A stretch of 63,818 nucleotides of DNA, counting the filler, from Rhabdomonas costata (lineage: Eukaryota), in NCBI GenBank assembly GCA_019059605.1. It is 46 parts of 46 records of this genome, joined end to end, with 100 filler letters (N's around TTAATTAATTAA, not from the genome) between each part and the next. Parts side by side here need not be neighbours in the genome. Positions count along the whole stretch, not along the records: positions 23,625 to 24,913 come from JAHMHO010020518.1; positions 25,014 to 26,302 come from JAHMHO010020519.1; positions 26,403 to 27,691 come from JAHMHO010020520.1; positions 27,792 to 29,080 come from JAHMHO010020521.1; positions 29,181 to 30,469 come from JAHMHO010020522.1; positions 30,570 to 31,859 come from JAHMHO010020523.1; positions 31,960 to 33,248 come from JAHMHO010020524.1; positions 33,349 to 34,637 come from JAHMHO010020525.1; 38 more parts are not named here. The stretch is one strand, 5' to 3'. Position numbers and translations under genes: made by a program. A model generated the notes under the pieces. It searched no databases, had not been told where the DNA came from, and saw only the letters and a program-made list of their open reading frames with translations. Positions within the stretch are counted from its first letter, which is position 1. Each line of letters begins with the position of its first letter. This document shows, piece by piece, positions 23,625 through 36,694 of this stretch.

Positions 23625-24913
23625 GCGCACTACGCGCTGTGCATTGCAGCCTTGTGCATCCAGCCAGGGCTCACGGATGCGGGCAACTGGTGGGACTACA
23701 TCAGCACCGTGCTGCACCAGAGGACGCAGCACGAGCACGGGGATGGGCTGGAGTGCGTGAATGTGCTGTACCAGATGTCGTACTTCGTGCTTTTTTCGTT
23801 GTTCTTTTGTGTGGGAGTTGTGCCGATGTTCCTGAACACCACGGCGCGGTTCATTGCGATGGTTGTGCTATCCTCGATGCACGGGGTGATTGCTGCAGCG
23901 CTGGTTCGCTATGTAGACTTCGCGGAGCTTGGGCTTGTGGTTTGCATCGCATGCTACACGGTGGCCTCGGAAGCTCTTGTGCGGATGTTCTACAAAGCCC
24001 TTCTAGACGCGAATCGAGCTCGTTTGGAGATTGAGCAGCAGGAAATTGTACTTTGTGCGTGTGTGCCACCGAGGCTTTTGCACAGCCCAGACCACTCTCT
24101 ATGCCATGGGAATGGAGGATTGCTTTTCATTCAGTTTCCTACGCTGAACGAGGTTCTGGAGCGAAGCCTTAGGGATCAGCGACCGCGAGCGATGCTGCTC
24201 GGCGCGATGGCAGACTTTGGGTTTTACATCACAACGCTGCAAGGGATGTTTTCGGAGTTCTCTCAAGAGGCTTCGATGGTTTATATGTCGATGCGTGACG
24301 GTAGCCCTGGCATTCTAGTACTGCTACTGTTTGATGAGAGCCTGACCGAGACGCATTGCCAGCGGGCCAGCCAGCAGCTTGCGCACCGGATCGGGGAGCG
24401 GCTTCTGAAGCTTCCAGAGACCACGCTGAATTACCCGTGCACGTTTCGGATGTCCTGCACTGTTCGCTCCGTGACGGAGCGTTCTGTGGCAGGGTATCAC
24501 CACCTTGACCCGACCTCGATTAGCGAAGCGGAGGCGGCTGTGGGGATCTGCATGATCAACTGTATCTCATTTTCTGGGGTCCCCTTCAGCACCAGGCTTG
24601 CTACCGTCCCTTCGGGTGTATTTGGTGCCTCGGGCGCAATCGAGGCGGTGCCTTCTGCCATCTCTGCTTCTCCTTCTGTTGTTTCGGCTACCTCCTCTGT
24701 GGTTGCTGCCACTCCCTCTGTGACCTTTGCGGATGGTGTCCGAAACAATGTTAAGGTTTGTTCAAAGGTTCCCATGCCAGAGGAGCGCACTGGTTTGCCT
24801 GGCGTCGTGGACTCTTCCGTTCGTTTTAGGTCCACGTCGGTTGTCTCTCATCGTGTACTCGGTCGAACGCTGTCGGTTGCGTCCAATCGCACCCTTCGTG
24901 CACGCTCCCAGTC
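23625..24913 (+). CDS. Multi-pass membrane protein with possible degenerate nucleotide-cyclase domain; long uninterrupted ORF, partial
   Basis: More than 420 open codons. Hydrophobic helices are followed by a signalling-helix-like RARLEIEQQEIVLCACVPP and GLLFIQFPTL (cf. LL..+LP / +LFAD+.GFT), then a Ser/Ala/Val-rich tail. Confidence 0.6.
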
Positions 24914-25318
24914 NNNNNNNNNNNNNNNNNNNNNNNNNNNNNNNNNNNNNNNNNNNNTTAATTAATTAANNNNNNNNNNNNNNNNNNNNNNNNNNNNNNN
25001 NNNNNNNNNNNNNGTGGTGGGTGTGTTTGGGGTTGTTTTGGACCTGTTCCCGTGAGGCCGTCTTTCAACCCGTCAGTGGCAATTGGAAGTTTGGGGAAGG
25101 AGGAAGGAAATATGGATAATATAGGAGAAAAGAGGTGGTTCCTTGTCTGGAGGCCAAATTGGAGGAGATAAATTGGGTACTGTCACTTGGTCTTGCGTGT
25201 GTACGCTTGTTGAAGCTTTGAACGCTGGTGCGGCTTGTAATTCTGAACGCTTGCAGAAGTAGATGAGTAGGGAGGTGGCTGAAGCCTCCTCTCCTCTGTT
25301 GGAATGTCTGCGGTGCAG

Positions 25319-25603
25319 GTGCTGGACACGACAGGCACTGGTTGGGCTCACTTGGATACCTGGATGCTTCGCAAGGCGGTGGAGCTGGCCCACGTGGGCT
25401 ACCGAGACCGGGTGGAGCGGGTGCTGATCGGTCCGGCAAGTTTCCTGGTTTCCGCGGGGTTCAAGGTCCTGCGGCCCTTGCTCTCCCAAAAGGTTATGGA
25501 CAAGCTCATTGTCACCCGCACTCCCATGGAGACTCTTCTAGAGTATGTGGAGCCCTCGAATATCCCGGCGGGCCTGTTCGAGGATAAACCCAATGTACAG
25601 TAG
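25319..25603 (+). CDS. CRAL-TRIO/Sec14 lipid-binding domain protein, last exon
   Basis: VLDTTGTGWAHLD...GYRDRVERVLI...GFKVLRPLLSQKVMDKL...LLEYVEPSNIP; AG acceptor and TAG stop. Confidence 0.9.
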   Translation: MLDTTGTGWAHLDTWMLRKAVELAHVGYRDRVERVLIGPASFLVSAGFKVLRPLLSQKVMDKLIVTRTPMETLLEYVEPSNIPAGLFEDKPNVQ

Positions 25604-25842
25604 GGTGATCGGTGTGGGTCCTTGTGTATAAGCGGCGGACTCCATCTGTATTTCATTTCGGGTCGACTTTTTTTTTTGCGCGCCTGGTTTCATCACTTTT
25701 TGTTGGGTTGGACAGAAGGACGGAAGCACCCTTCCCAAAAGGTGGTGTTTCGATTCCTCCGGGGCTTTGAGGCGTGGGTGGGTGAGCCCTCCACGGTCTG
25801 CGGGTGTTCCTTTTCCCACGTCTAACCTTTGGCAGCCTAGGC

Positions 25843-25884
25843 TAGGGTTAGGGTTAGGGTTAGGGTTAGGGTTAGGGTTAGGGT
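25843..25884 (+). repeat. Interstitial telomeric repeat (TTAGGG-type, 7 units)
   Basis: (TAGGGT)x7 inside the contig. Confidence 0.95.
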
Positions 25885-26402
25885 TTTCTTTGCATTGACA
25901 ATTGACACCACATGGATGATAAGTCGATTTCCCTGCTCCCTGGGGTGCCCCCTTCCGTTTCCCATCCGAAATTCAACAGTCAATCTGGTTACAATGGCGT
26001 ACATTAATTACTTTGCTCATGGTTGCAACTTAACACTTGGTGATTGGGTGATCCGCTTCTGTGCGCTTTGTGCTCAGACTTTGTTCTGACTTCCCCACAC
26101 TCTGAAAATGCATTTCGCTGAAGCGCTGCTGCTAGCTAATGGTGTAAAGCTCCCCTCGTAGCACCGTGGGGCCGTGGGGCCTGTTTCCCGAGGTGTGCGG
26201 AAAAAGTCCCACCTGCCCTCGGCGCCTCTTTGAACGGTGGAGGTGTGACAGCGGTGATGGACGTCGACGCTTCGAGTGGGGGCGCGCAGCCGCACACACA
26301 CCNNNNNNNNNNNNNNNNNNNNNNNNNNNNNNNNNNNNNNNNNNNNTTAATTAATTAANNNNNNNNNNNNNNNNNNNNNNNNNNNNNNNNNNNNNNNNNN
26401 NN

Positions 26403-27134
26403 AATTACGCGCCTGGGGAATTCCATGGGGCTCCGTGGCATCCTCACCGGGGCTTTGATACCGTGACGTACATCAAGGCCGGAGAAGGTGCGCGTGCCGG
26501 GAAACTTGGGAGTTTTTCTGTGAGCACTGGGGGCACTCTCATTGTGGTTGGGCTAAATCGCTCAAATCCGCGCGTGGAGGTGGGGCTTGATTCCTGGTGC
26601 CTTGAAGGGGTAATGGGAATGTCCTCTCAACTGTCCCAAGTTCGAGCTCTTACCTCACTCTTTTTCATATCTCTTGACCACCATGGGCTTTCGCTGAATG
26701 AGGCCAAGGCTATGTGGGGGGATAGTAGTTCTTTCTGTCGAAAGATTATTTGGACTCTTCAGCATTTCCTGGTGCTTCCAAGAATCAAGAGCCACACGAA
26801 AGTCTGATGTGAACGTCCGAAGACCGTCCTGCGCAAGGGTCCGTGGCACTTCTCCACTTCTCCCTGTCACAGCTACCCACCACGACTCCATGGGCAACAG
26901 CGGGATGCTGCGTTCCGGAGATTGCCAGTGGATGACCGCAGGTAGCGGGCTGATCCATGACGAGGGCAAGGACCACCCTGGGGGCCTGCTGCATGTCTTC
27001 CAGATGTGGGTAAATCTCCCGCGGAGCCACAAAATGGACCCCCCGAAGTACCAGGACATTCCCGCCGCGAAAATCCCGGTGGTGGATGCGATGCCCGGGG
27101 TCCGAGTCAAGATCATTGCCGGGGAAAGCCACGG
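26403..27134 (+). CDS. Pirin family protein, partial; exons 26403-26487 and 26873-27134
   Basis: PWHPHRGFDTVTY ... HHDSMGNSG.L..GDCQWMTAGSGLIHDE ... FQMWVNLP..HKM.PPKYQD. Confidence 0.95.
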
Positions 27135-30100
27135 GTGCGTATGTGTACAGCCGTGGGCTGGCGAGCGGGGATGTATCTGATGCTGTGAATGCTCAAGTCT
27201 GGGAGCTGGTTGTGATTTGACCACCGGAAATACGTGTTTCCCTCAGCGCAATTTAAGTTTTAAGTGGATGGTTTACTTCTTTGACTAAGGCAGTTGTGTC
27301 TGTATGGTGTGGGGTTGGATGTTGCAGCGCTTTGCACGCAACTCTACACAAGCTTTTCTTGACGGAAACGACATTGGCGCTACAGTTTTAGGACAACAAC
27401 AATTCAAGAAACCACCGACCACCAGCTTGAGTGATGTTATTTTACTGCTCCGGCACATGCCCATAGAACGCCCGCGTCAAAGCAACCCTAGGTGGCCTGT
27501 TTCTGTTTCAGTGGACCTAGAGGTACTTGTGGACCTAGAGGTACTCTTCTCCATGAGCGTGCCTTGCCGAGCAGACCGATGCGCATTCTTCAGGGGTTTG
27601 CAACGCTCCTAGGTCGGTAATCCCATTCTGCCTTTCAGCCATCACTCCGCTAGCGGCCCCCCTCTCAGGAGACGCCTGCCTTGTCCGCAGGNNNNNNNNN
27701 NNNNNNNNNNNNNNNNNNNNNNNNNNNNNNNNNNNTTAATTAATTAANNNNNNNNNNNNNNNNNNNNNNNNNNNNNNNNNNNNNNNNNNNNTGTTGTGTG
27801 TCAGTGTGTGTTTGTGTTTCGAGGCCTTGTCTTGGAGCGAAGTCTGGGGTTCTGTGCGATGTCAAGCTGAGTCATGCCTTGTGTGTTAGTGTAAGGGTTT
27901 ACGTGTTCTTGCGTTCTTGTTTCGGAGGGTGTGGTGGTTTTACGTCTTCAGGGTTTCAGGGTCTGTGTGTGTCGAAGGGTCTGTTGGTGTTCCTGCTGCT
28001 GTCTACTGTGCTTGTTGTGTTGACGTCATGGTGTCTTGCGTTTCGGAGGGTCATGGTGTTTTTGGATGCGTGGGGAGGTTGGGTGTCGTGGTTCGTGGTG
28101 ATGTTGGTGTCATGGCTGTACTGTGATTGTGTCTTGATGCTGTGTGAGGGTTTCTGGCTACGTGTTTTTGGAGGTCTGGTGGTTTTGGGTGTCGGGGTTC
28201 AGGGCATGTCGTGAGTTAAGGGGTAGGGTGTAAGGGTATCAGCATGACTGTAGGGGATAGAAAGAGTAAAAGAATGGCTAAGGCCTTCATCTTCTACCTG
28301 CGGTGCCATCTACTACGCGATGCCCTTCCGACCATCGCTACGTACCCTTGATGCCTAAACCCATGCTGAGGGGTTATGCCGATTCTTACGTTCCTCGACT
28401 TGGGGCACGTACTACTACGCATGACCGCTACGCACTCATGCTACGTGTTCTAAGGGTGTATTTTAGATGCTAGGGGTATTTTGTGTTTATGCTGGTCGTG
28501 AGATCCTTGCGTCTCTCACTCCCTAAGAATGATGGTTCACTCGTTCCCCGGCACCCGGTCCACTCGTTCACCTCTATTCCTACTCCCTACGGTCGTGTCT
28601 TTCTGTCTCTCGGTCGCTGCGCTCCCTCGTTCCTTTCTAATACATGTCGTCGTCACTGCGTTCCTCCTCCAATCCCCATTCACTACACGTTCATGGGGCC
28701 CCTTTTGTATGAAGATAGATGGTCGCATGCTCGTTCCTCGCATGCTCCCTAAAAGTGGTGGTTCATGCCCTCCACCGCTACGCGCTTACGGGCATTCACC
28801 TCTACGTCAGCATTCTCGGTCCCTCGAATGCTTCCTCCTAAATGCATGTAGGGATAGATGCTGATACCCCATGCCATCTCCTTGCGTCGATGCCATGGGG
28901 CCCCTTTAGTTGAAGAAAAGTAGATGTCGGGATGCCTCGCTACGCTCGTCATCCCTCCTAAATGCGTTGTTCGGTCGCTCCCCGCAATGCGGTACGCTCC
29001 CTCACGTAATACAGAATACTTTACTGATGTAAGGATGCCATCTCGCTATGCTCGATGCCATCCTTCCATCCTACTCCCCANNNNNNNNNNNNNNNNNNNN
29101 NNNNNNNNNNNNNNNNNNNNNNNNTTAATTAATTAANNNNNNNNNNNNNNNNNNNNNNNNNNNNNNNNNNNNNNNNNNNNGGTGTTTGGTGTGTGGGGGG
29201 GCAGTATTTTGTCTTTAAACCTTGGAAGTCGAGGATGAAGCGAACCGCCTGGGGGAAACGCGCAAAACGGTTCAGTGGGATTCGCTACAAACTCGATGCC
29301 AAGGTTTAAAGACAAAATACTGCCCCTCCACACGGTGACAAAATACCTACCTTATGGTGTGCTAGTCTAATCGATGGCCAGTGGCAGACGACGGGATGGA
29401 TACCGAGCCTTGATACGACTCGCACGTTTAGTAAGAAGTCCTGTTCCTTGCACACACTCACCACCATATTGACATCTAAGCGCTCCAGCGTCGTGTCCTC
29501 TTCCACCTGTTTACCTCAACCCAGAGACGCACTCAGGAGGTACAGGTGCATTGCCTTTTTGCGGATACTGCTGCCAGCAAGGAATCGTCTCCGTGATGCC
29601 CGCTTACCGCTGCCCCGCCGGACGCTTGAAGTACGTCCCCAGGGTGGTCTGGAAGCCTCGGTTGACAGCTCCGGGGCCACGCAGCAGCGGCATCTTTGAG
29701 TGTGGGTGTGTGGGTGTGTGGGGGGACAACTAAACGCCATCAAACTTGCGAGCGGAAGTTGATACTTTTCGAAACTCTTCATAAGATCCCATCATACCAG
29801 GAGGGGAGCGGGAACGGGTGAGGATTTGCATGCGAGAACTCGAATTATTGTCGATTTTTTCCAGACTGATGGCCCCCTTTTAAATCGAGTTTTGTCCTTT
29901 ATTTTCTTACTTAGCACGCCAAGCAAAAAACGCAAACCCCCCAAAGGGAGGGCGACTACCCAGCAAATCTTCCAATGCAGCGATCTGACGGCATGGGGCG
30001 GAATCGGTGGGTTCCCATGTGTCCCGGGCCACCGGAGAACCTGGTTGGCACCAGCTCAGCGCATTCTGCCGAACCATATGCGTTTTTCGAAGGTAGACCT

Positions 30101-31390
30101 TTCCGAAAACTGACCACAGGAGAGGTAGGTATGCACCTGCGGGTGGAAGTCCTCTGCCGCGGCAAGGGCGCGATACGTCCCCGGGGCCTCATTGAGGAAG
30201 CTGTGCTTCCCCCGGGGCCTCGGAGGGGCAGCCGCGGTGGAGCTCATGCCATGCATCAGCTCAGATCCATGCCATGGCGACGGCTCCGCAACTTCTGCGC
30301 ACAACACACCATAAAGCCAAATCGCACTGGTTGGCCTTCCACCCACAAATGCTGGTACACTGCCATCCAGGGGAAAAAACTAGTCAACAAAACGAAAGAC
30401 GGGACCCTCACAGGCCACAGCACCCACCTCAAGCATGAGTCTGCGCGGGTCCCTTCAGTCGGTAGGAGGNNNNNNNNNNNNNNNNNNNNNNNNNNNNNNN
30501 NNNNNNNNNNNNNTTAATTAATTAANNNNNNNNNNNNNNNNNNNNNNNNNNNNNNNNNNNNNNNNNNNNTTTGTGTTTATCGTTTTTGTTCGGGTTCTTT
30601 CCTTGGTTCCTTCACCACCCACTGCATCAGCCCACACTTCGCGGTCATTTACTCTTCCCTCCTTTCGCCCTTTTACCTGTTTTTGCCCCTTTGTTGCACT
30701 GTTCCCTCAACTTTTTTCCACCTCCCCCAGCTACACCTTCCGGCTCGGATTCCCATTCGCTCTTTTTCGGGCTGCAGGGGCTGCAGGGCTGGAGTTTCTG
30801 CTGGGTCGGCTGACATTGCTTGAGAGCTCTCTGGCAAAGTTCCTGCGTTCCTGGGGACCTGCCTTTTCCTTCTCGGGAGCGTCTCGTTTGGCCTCTAGAA
30901 GTATAGAAGACCGCGATGGTAATCAGGAAGACACTCGATGCAATTTTGATCGCGCAGCTGAACAGTTCGGGTTAGCCTGTCTAAAATTGCACAAACGGAC
31001 CGGCTTTCTGGGTTCGAACTTCACGTATGTAGAGTTGGTGGCAGGGCCTTGTCATGCAGCGGATGGAAAGAAAATGACTCTCTACCACGTCAGTGTGTCA
31101 AAGGGTGCTCAAGAAGTTCGGGAAAACTCGTTCTGCTCGTACGGCAGTTGGTTTAAGTTTGCTAAACCGAATTTTATGGGATCCCCCCCCCCTTTTGTGG
31201 GATCCCCTTTTTTATGAGATGTGAGAAACGAAGTGCGGGTTTTCCAATCAGCACCTGGGATCTTGGACTGCGGAGCGCATCCTGCAAGACTGAGTCCAAT
31301 GCCTTTTTCCTAGGGACTCTCTGTGAGACCTCTGTGAGACCAAATCTCCGAGGGGACGTGCACCGCTAGCTCAACACCCGTGGGAGACCA

Positions 31391-31392
<2 letters not shown>

Positions 31393-31422
<30 letters not shown>
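31393..31422. repeat. (CT)n microsatellite
   Basis: Direct reading. Confidence 0.95.
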
Positions 31423-31425
<3 letters not shown>

Positions 31426-32421
31426 ACTCTTTGAGTGAGCAAGAGAACAAGGTGCCAAGTTATATTCACTCGTCTTCGTTTTTAAAGCATCACGTCACCG
31501 AAGAAGACAAGGGTCAGCACCGTGCAGGCTTCGTCAAAGCAGGCGAGGTGATAAGTAGAAAAAGAGAATACGGGGAGATAAATAAAATCGCGGAACACGG
31601 GCGCAAACTTGGGTTGGTGGTGTTAGTGAGTGACTGGGCATTGTGGACATGCCAGGGACAAGGCGATTTGACCAACGCAATGGCGGGGGGGGGACTGAGC
31701 GGGGATCACAATATTCCAGCGCAGGATACAACGGGGCCAAACGTGACGCAGCACGTGTCGCTAGGGCGCTCTAAGAGACATGATCACGAACAAAGAAACA
31801 AAGGCTCTAGCTTCTACATCTTGACGAGCTCATCTACGACACACGCACACCCCCACCACNNNNNNNNNNNNNNNNNNNNNNNNNNNNNNNNNNNNNNNNN
31901 NNNTTAATTAATTAANNNNNNNNNNNNNNNNNNNNNNNNNNNNNNNNNNNNNNNNNNNNTTAGGGGAAAGCAATCGGCAATGCTCAGATGTAATCAGTAG
32001 GGCAGATGCCTTCTGTTAACCTTCTGCACCTTTTCTTCTGGTTTTGCTTTTCACTCCGCCGCTCCCATTCATATAAAAACATGACCGCCGCACCTGCTGC
32101 CAACCTACCCACCCACTCCCGAACTTTGTACCATAGGGTGCCCTCGCTCCTTCCTTGTATTTCAAGTCGATATTCGTTCCATGTCATTCAGAATAACCAC
32201 TTCCACAGCATCCATAGAAGCTCATTTTTTTCATGTTACCGTGTTTATTTGCAGTTCACGGGATCGAAATTCTTTTTGTTTTCCATAAGCTGCTGTGCTC
32301 TTATGCTCAGATCTGCGGTTAGTCTTCAAAAAGGTGGGTGGGGCACCATCTCGCCCGTCATTTTTTTGCCACACACAAATTTAGCACAGGGGTGTGAGCA
32401 GACAACAGGACAAGGGCATAC

Positions 32422-33248
32422 TTTCCCCCGGAGACAGCCAGGGTGATGCCTGGGCCAATGAGGGAGGCCTTCACCAGCGAGGCCACGGGCTCGGAGTCGG
32501 GAAGCTGTGGTCGGGCAGACAGGACCTACGAAAGCTCAAGATGAGATCCAGGACTTCAATGCGGTGATCAGAAGCAGGTAATTAGGGAGGCAATAGAGAA
32601 GGCGATTAGCAGTGGAAATAGGGTTTGTTCCATTTCATTGCTCCCTCCATCCACCATCCTCCTCAAGTTCACCAACTTGTTTGGCTTATCCTTGTTATCC
32701 TCGTTAACCTTGTACCTACACTTTAAAGAAAAAAGCAGAACAGGACTCGTGATGCGCCTTTTCAAGATGTGCCGACACCGATTTCGCGGTGTCCAAGTCA
32801 GTGCACGGACAGAAGCAACTAAGACTGCTGGTAGCCTCGGGAATCTCACCCCACCCTCTACCTTGGCAGTTCTGTACACCGTTCACCCCAGCAGGTAGTG
32901 ATGAGTAGTCCCATTCCTGCCCCCCATACACCACTCCGAGCTCCGGAATCGTGTGCGCTGATGTTCAACATGCGAGCTCCGTGTTGAGGTCCCTTTGTAG
33001 GCCGCGAATGGAGAACAGCTCTACTCTCTCAAAAACAAAAACCTCGCAACCAGCAACATACAACTAGCAACAGAAAAATCAAACTTGAAACTCGAAATTT
33101 TGGGTGACAACTTGGTTCCCCCTCCTTCAGCTCATTGTCTTCACGTCACCTTCAACCCAAGTCGGCACACCATAGCATCCATGCCCTTGGCCATATCTGT
33201 CCTCACTGTTGGGTCGGCGTTCTCGTTGACGCTCAGTGCAACCCCAAC
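32422..33248 (-). CDS. YjbQ/UPF0047 family protein, partial; exons 33248-33171 and 32525-32422
   Basis: ALSVNENADPTVRTDMAKGMDAM|VLSARPQLPDSEPVASLVKASLIGPGITLAVSGGK shows the NENADP.V..D and K+SL+G...T+.+..G motifs; phase-0 GT-AG intron. Confidence 0.8.
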
Positions 33249-33649
33249 NNNNNNNNNNNNNNNNNNNNNNNNNNNNNNNNNNNNNNNNNNNNTTAATTAA
33301 TTAANNNNNNNNNNNNNNNNNNNNNNNNNNNNNNNNNNNNNNNNNNNNCCTTCAAGCGCTGCACCCCACCGCACAAAATAGTATGTGCAACGCCCACAAG
33401 AAAAGTGAAGATGACCCCTGACAGACCCGTTCAACTGACGAAGTTATAGGATGCAGTTTTGAGAGGCCTTGGGCGTCAGCCAGGGAGGTTCGGGGGAGCG
33501 CATGTATTCAGGCATTGGGGGAGGGGGCAAGAGGCATGACAGCGAGAAAAGGTACTAACTCTCTCTTAGCCAAAGTATAACTTTATCCACCTATAAGACG
33601 AAGAACAGTCAATGCATCCGAGAGGGAGAAAAGAATAGTTGGGGTAGAC

Positions 33650-34637
33650 CTTGTGATCCTGCGCAGAGCCAAAGTACATGGCCGTTTTGCCATCGGAGAT
33701 GGCGTAGAAGCTGACCTCCTCTCCAACAACGAACTCCTCGATCACAACAGTGGCGCCTGCAGAGCCAAACTTTCCGCCCAGCATCTCGTCCATCGCCATG
33801 CACGCGTCCGCTTTGCTAAAGACGGGAAGGCCATAAGGACAGGAGGCAGGAGGAAGGTGGGGTCAGTCAGCTTGAGAAAAGGTTAACGCGTTCGCACCCC
33901 TCCCATCTCACTACGACTACAACCCGAAGGTTAGCACAACACACAAGGAACTGAGCAGAACGAAGGTTTTCCAGAGAGTTGTGCTCCCTTCCATCCATCA
34001 TATTCTTCTCTCTTTCTGCATCAGCGCTCAGTGGAGGCAAAGGCGTAGCTTGGTGGAAGTCTAAGGGACAGTCAAGGAGAAAAACTGTCAGAAAAGAATC
34101 CCTCCGACACAGACAGATGAAAAGTCTTCGTCAACCTCTCCGCGATGACGACGCCCTTGCCGGCCGCTAGCCCGTCAGCCTTCACAACGACCCGAGGCCC
34201 GGGCAGGCTCTCAATGAAGGCCTTGGCCTCGCGGACCTGCTCCTTTGTGAAGGACTCCGCAGCGGGGGTGGGGATGCGGACCCTTTTGCACAGCTTCTTG
34301 GTGAAGGCCTTGGAGCACTCTAAGGAGGAGGCCTTCCGCGTCGGGCCTGTTTTTGTTGCGCATCGTATCAGACTGACGCGGAGCTGATGTCTCGACGGGT
34401 GGCAGTGACCCACAGAAAAACGTCCAGAAAGTGCGCAGTGCGAAACCAGAAAAACAGAAAACAGGAGACAATGGGAATACCAAAACAAATGATCTTCGCC
34501 TCCTGCAGGGCATCGATCAGGCCCATCGCCAGGGGGGCCTCAGGCCCTACTACCACCAGGTCAACGGAGTTCTCCCGGCACCACCCCACAACCTTAGTCT
34601 TGTCCTCCACGGCCAAGGGGAAGCAAGTCACCCCCAC
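33650..34637 (-). CDS. purD: Phosphoribosylamine--glycine ligase (GAR synthetase), partial; exons 34637-34481, 34346-34136, 33815-33650
   Basis: [15 protein letters not shown]...[19 protein letters not shown]...[16 protein letters not shown] ... [19 protein letters not shown]...AQDHK; canonical introns. Confidence 0.96.
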
Positions 34638-36694
34638 NNNNNNNNNNNNNNNNNNNNNNNNNNNNNNNNNNNNNNNNNNNNTTAATTAATTAANNNNNNN
34701 NNNNNNNNNNNNNNNNNNNNNNNNNNNNNNNNNNNNNGTTGGGTGGTGGAAGAAAGGAACAGGCGGGAGTTGGGAAGTAGGAGGATAGAAGCGCTGGTTA
34801 GAGTAAGGAAACCATGCCCTGTGTGTGTGAGTGTGTGTGCGTGCGCCTGCATAAGTGTGTTGAGCGGATAGCGCGCTGGCTGAGGTGGAGCTGATGTCTC
34901 GCCCATCGGGTGATTCCCTGTCTTGTGTACACGTGCTTGGTGACTGCGTGGAGTGAGGCAGAGCGGTGCAGTAAAAATGCTCGTTGATTGCCAGGGTGTA
35001 GGGTGTGTTTCGACTGCGACCAAAAGGCCCCCGCCTAGCGAACTGCGTGTATGTGTCACGTGCGCTTTCGATTGTTCTGCTGTCGAAATCTTGCTGTCTC
35101 TTCCTTCTTTTCTCCATCTCGCCTTATATCTTGGTTGTTCGCATACCTGAAACCGAACTTCTGTATTCCTGCTGCAGGTTGTCGACCTGTTGAGGTTGTT
35201 CTGCTTTTTTTGTCTTTGGGTGATTCTTCCCACCAACAACCCCAAAAGTCTGTGTGTGCGTGTGTTCAACGGGAGTCACAACAGCCAACCTACAGCGTTT
35301 TTTTCCCTGAAGTCAACGGGGACGCGATATTTATGGGGTGACATATGATCTCTGGTATGTGCCGGTACCCTCTGGAGTGGTGAAAAGGTGCAAGAGGGCT
35401 TTGACAAGGCATCGCATCCTAAAATCTGGGTATTGGGGGGATATTTGGGGAGGTTCTGGGAATCGAATCTGTGCCGTCTTGACTCTTGCTAAGTGAGGCA
35501 GCACAGTGAGTTTTGTGGGCACAAGCGGCCTAGCCCGTTCGGAGTAAGGGGAGAGGAGGTGGGATGTGTGTTTTGTTGTCCATACGTTGTGGGTGCCGTC
35601 GATAAACCCTCCGTTGCGTGGGGCAAGAAGCGGCGCAAAAGGGTTACGAAAGAGCCGCCAAGGGTCACCACCACCGGACGAGAGTGAAAGGTCAGAAAAC
35701 TCTGACCCCAAGGACCGGCCATGCAATGGTTCGGGAGGCCTGCTGTGCATACAAAAAACCCCATGCCTGCTTCAGCTTCTAGCCCTCTGGAAACTGTGAG
35801 TTCTTGCAAAGTCCAGTGACGTCGGGGCCATTTGGAACCCCACACTTGCACACATACACTCCTTTGCCCCATTTTCCGTGGTTATGGGACAAATCAAGAT
35901 CAAATCAAAGCTCCTTGTTCGCTTGGCGCCTTCGAGGCCCACCTTCCCATCATGCAATGCATCGGAGAATAATGCATCAATTGCAAACATTACAAGTCCA
36001 GAAAAGCACCGCAGAACACACAACAANNNNNNNNNNNNNNNNNNNNNNNNNNNNNNNNNNNNNNNNNNNNTTAATTAATTAANNNNNNNNNNNNNNNNNN
36101 NNNNNNNNNNNNNNNNNNNNNNNNNNTTCGCAAGGCCGTCGCCAAACGGCTTTCGGGTGCTTAATCCCAAGCTGGGGTGATGTGGGCCACTCCTTTACCT
36201 AGAGAGGAGCCAGCAGGCTCACCAGATCCCACCAGCCAATAATTGCCCCCCCACTCCCGTGGTTGGAGAGGGTTACAGTGGGTTGCCTTTCGCGCCTTTC
36301 CTCGTCTCCCATCACCCCATTGGCAACCTCTCATCTACAAGTGTGTGAGGTTTGTGTGTTCGTTGCCCTATACGCCCCCATCTCTGTCGCAGTGGACTCT
36401 TCCCTTTTGACGCCGACGTTTATTTTGTGGTTTTGTGGGTTTAATATTGTGAGAGGATATAGAGACCACTTTTTGCGGGTTCCCCACCTTGCCCGTTTTT
36501 CCAGGTGCCGTTGGCTTTGACCAAGCTCGCAGTGATTAAGGGCCGGGGTGCGACAACCAAAAGCGAGCTATAAAAAAAGAAGCTCCGTAAAACACTGGAA
36601 ACCAGTTAGGGGAGGCGGTGGCAAAAAGACAATGTGGTGACCATGTAACCTGCCTCTCCCAGCACCAATAGAGACAACAACTGGGGTGGGGGTT

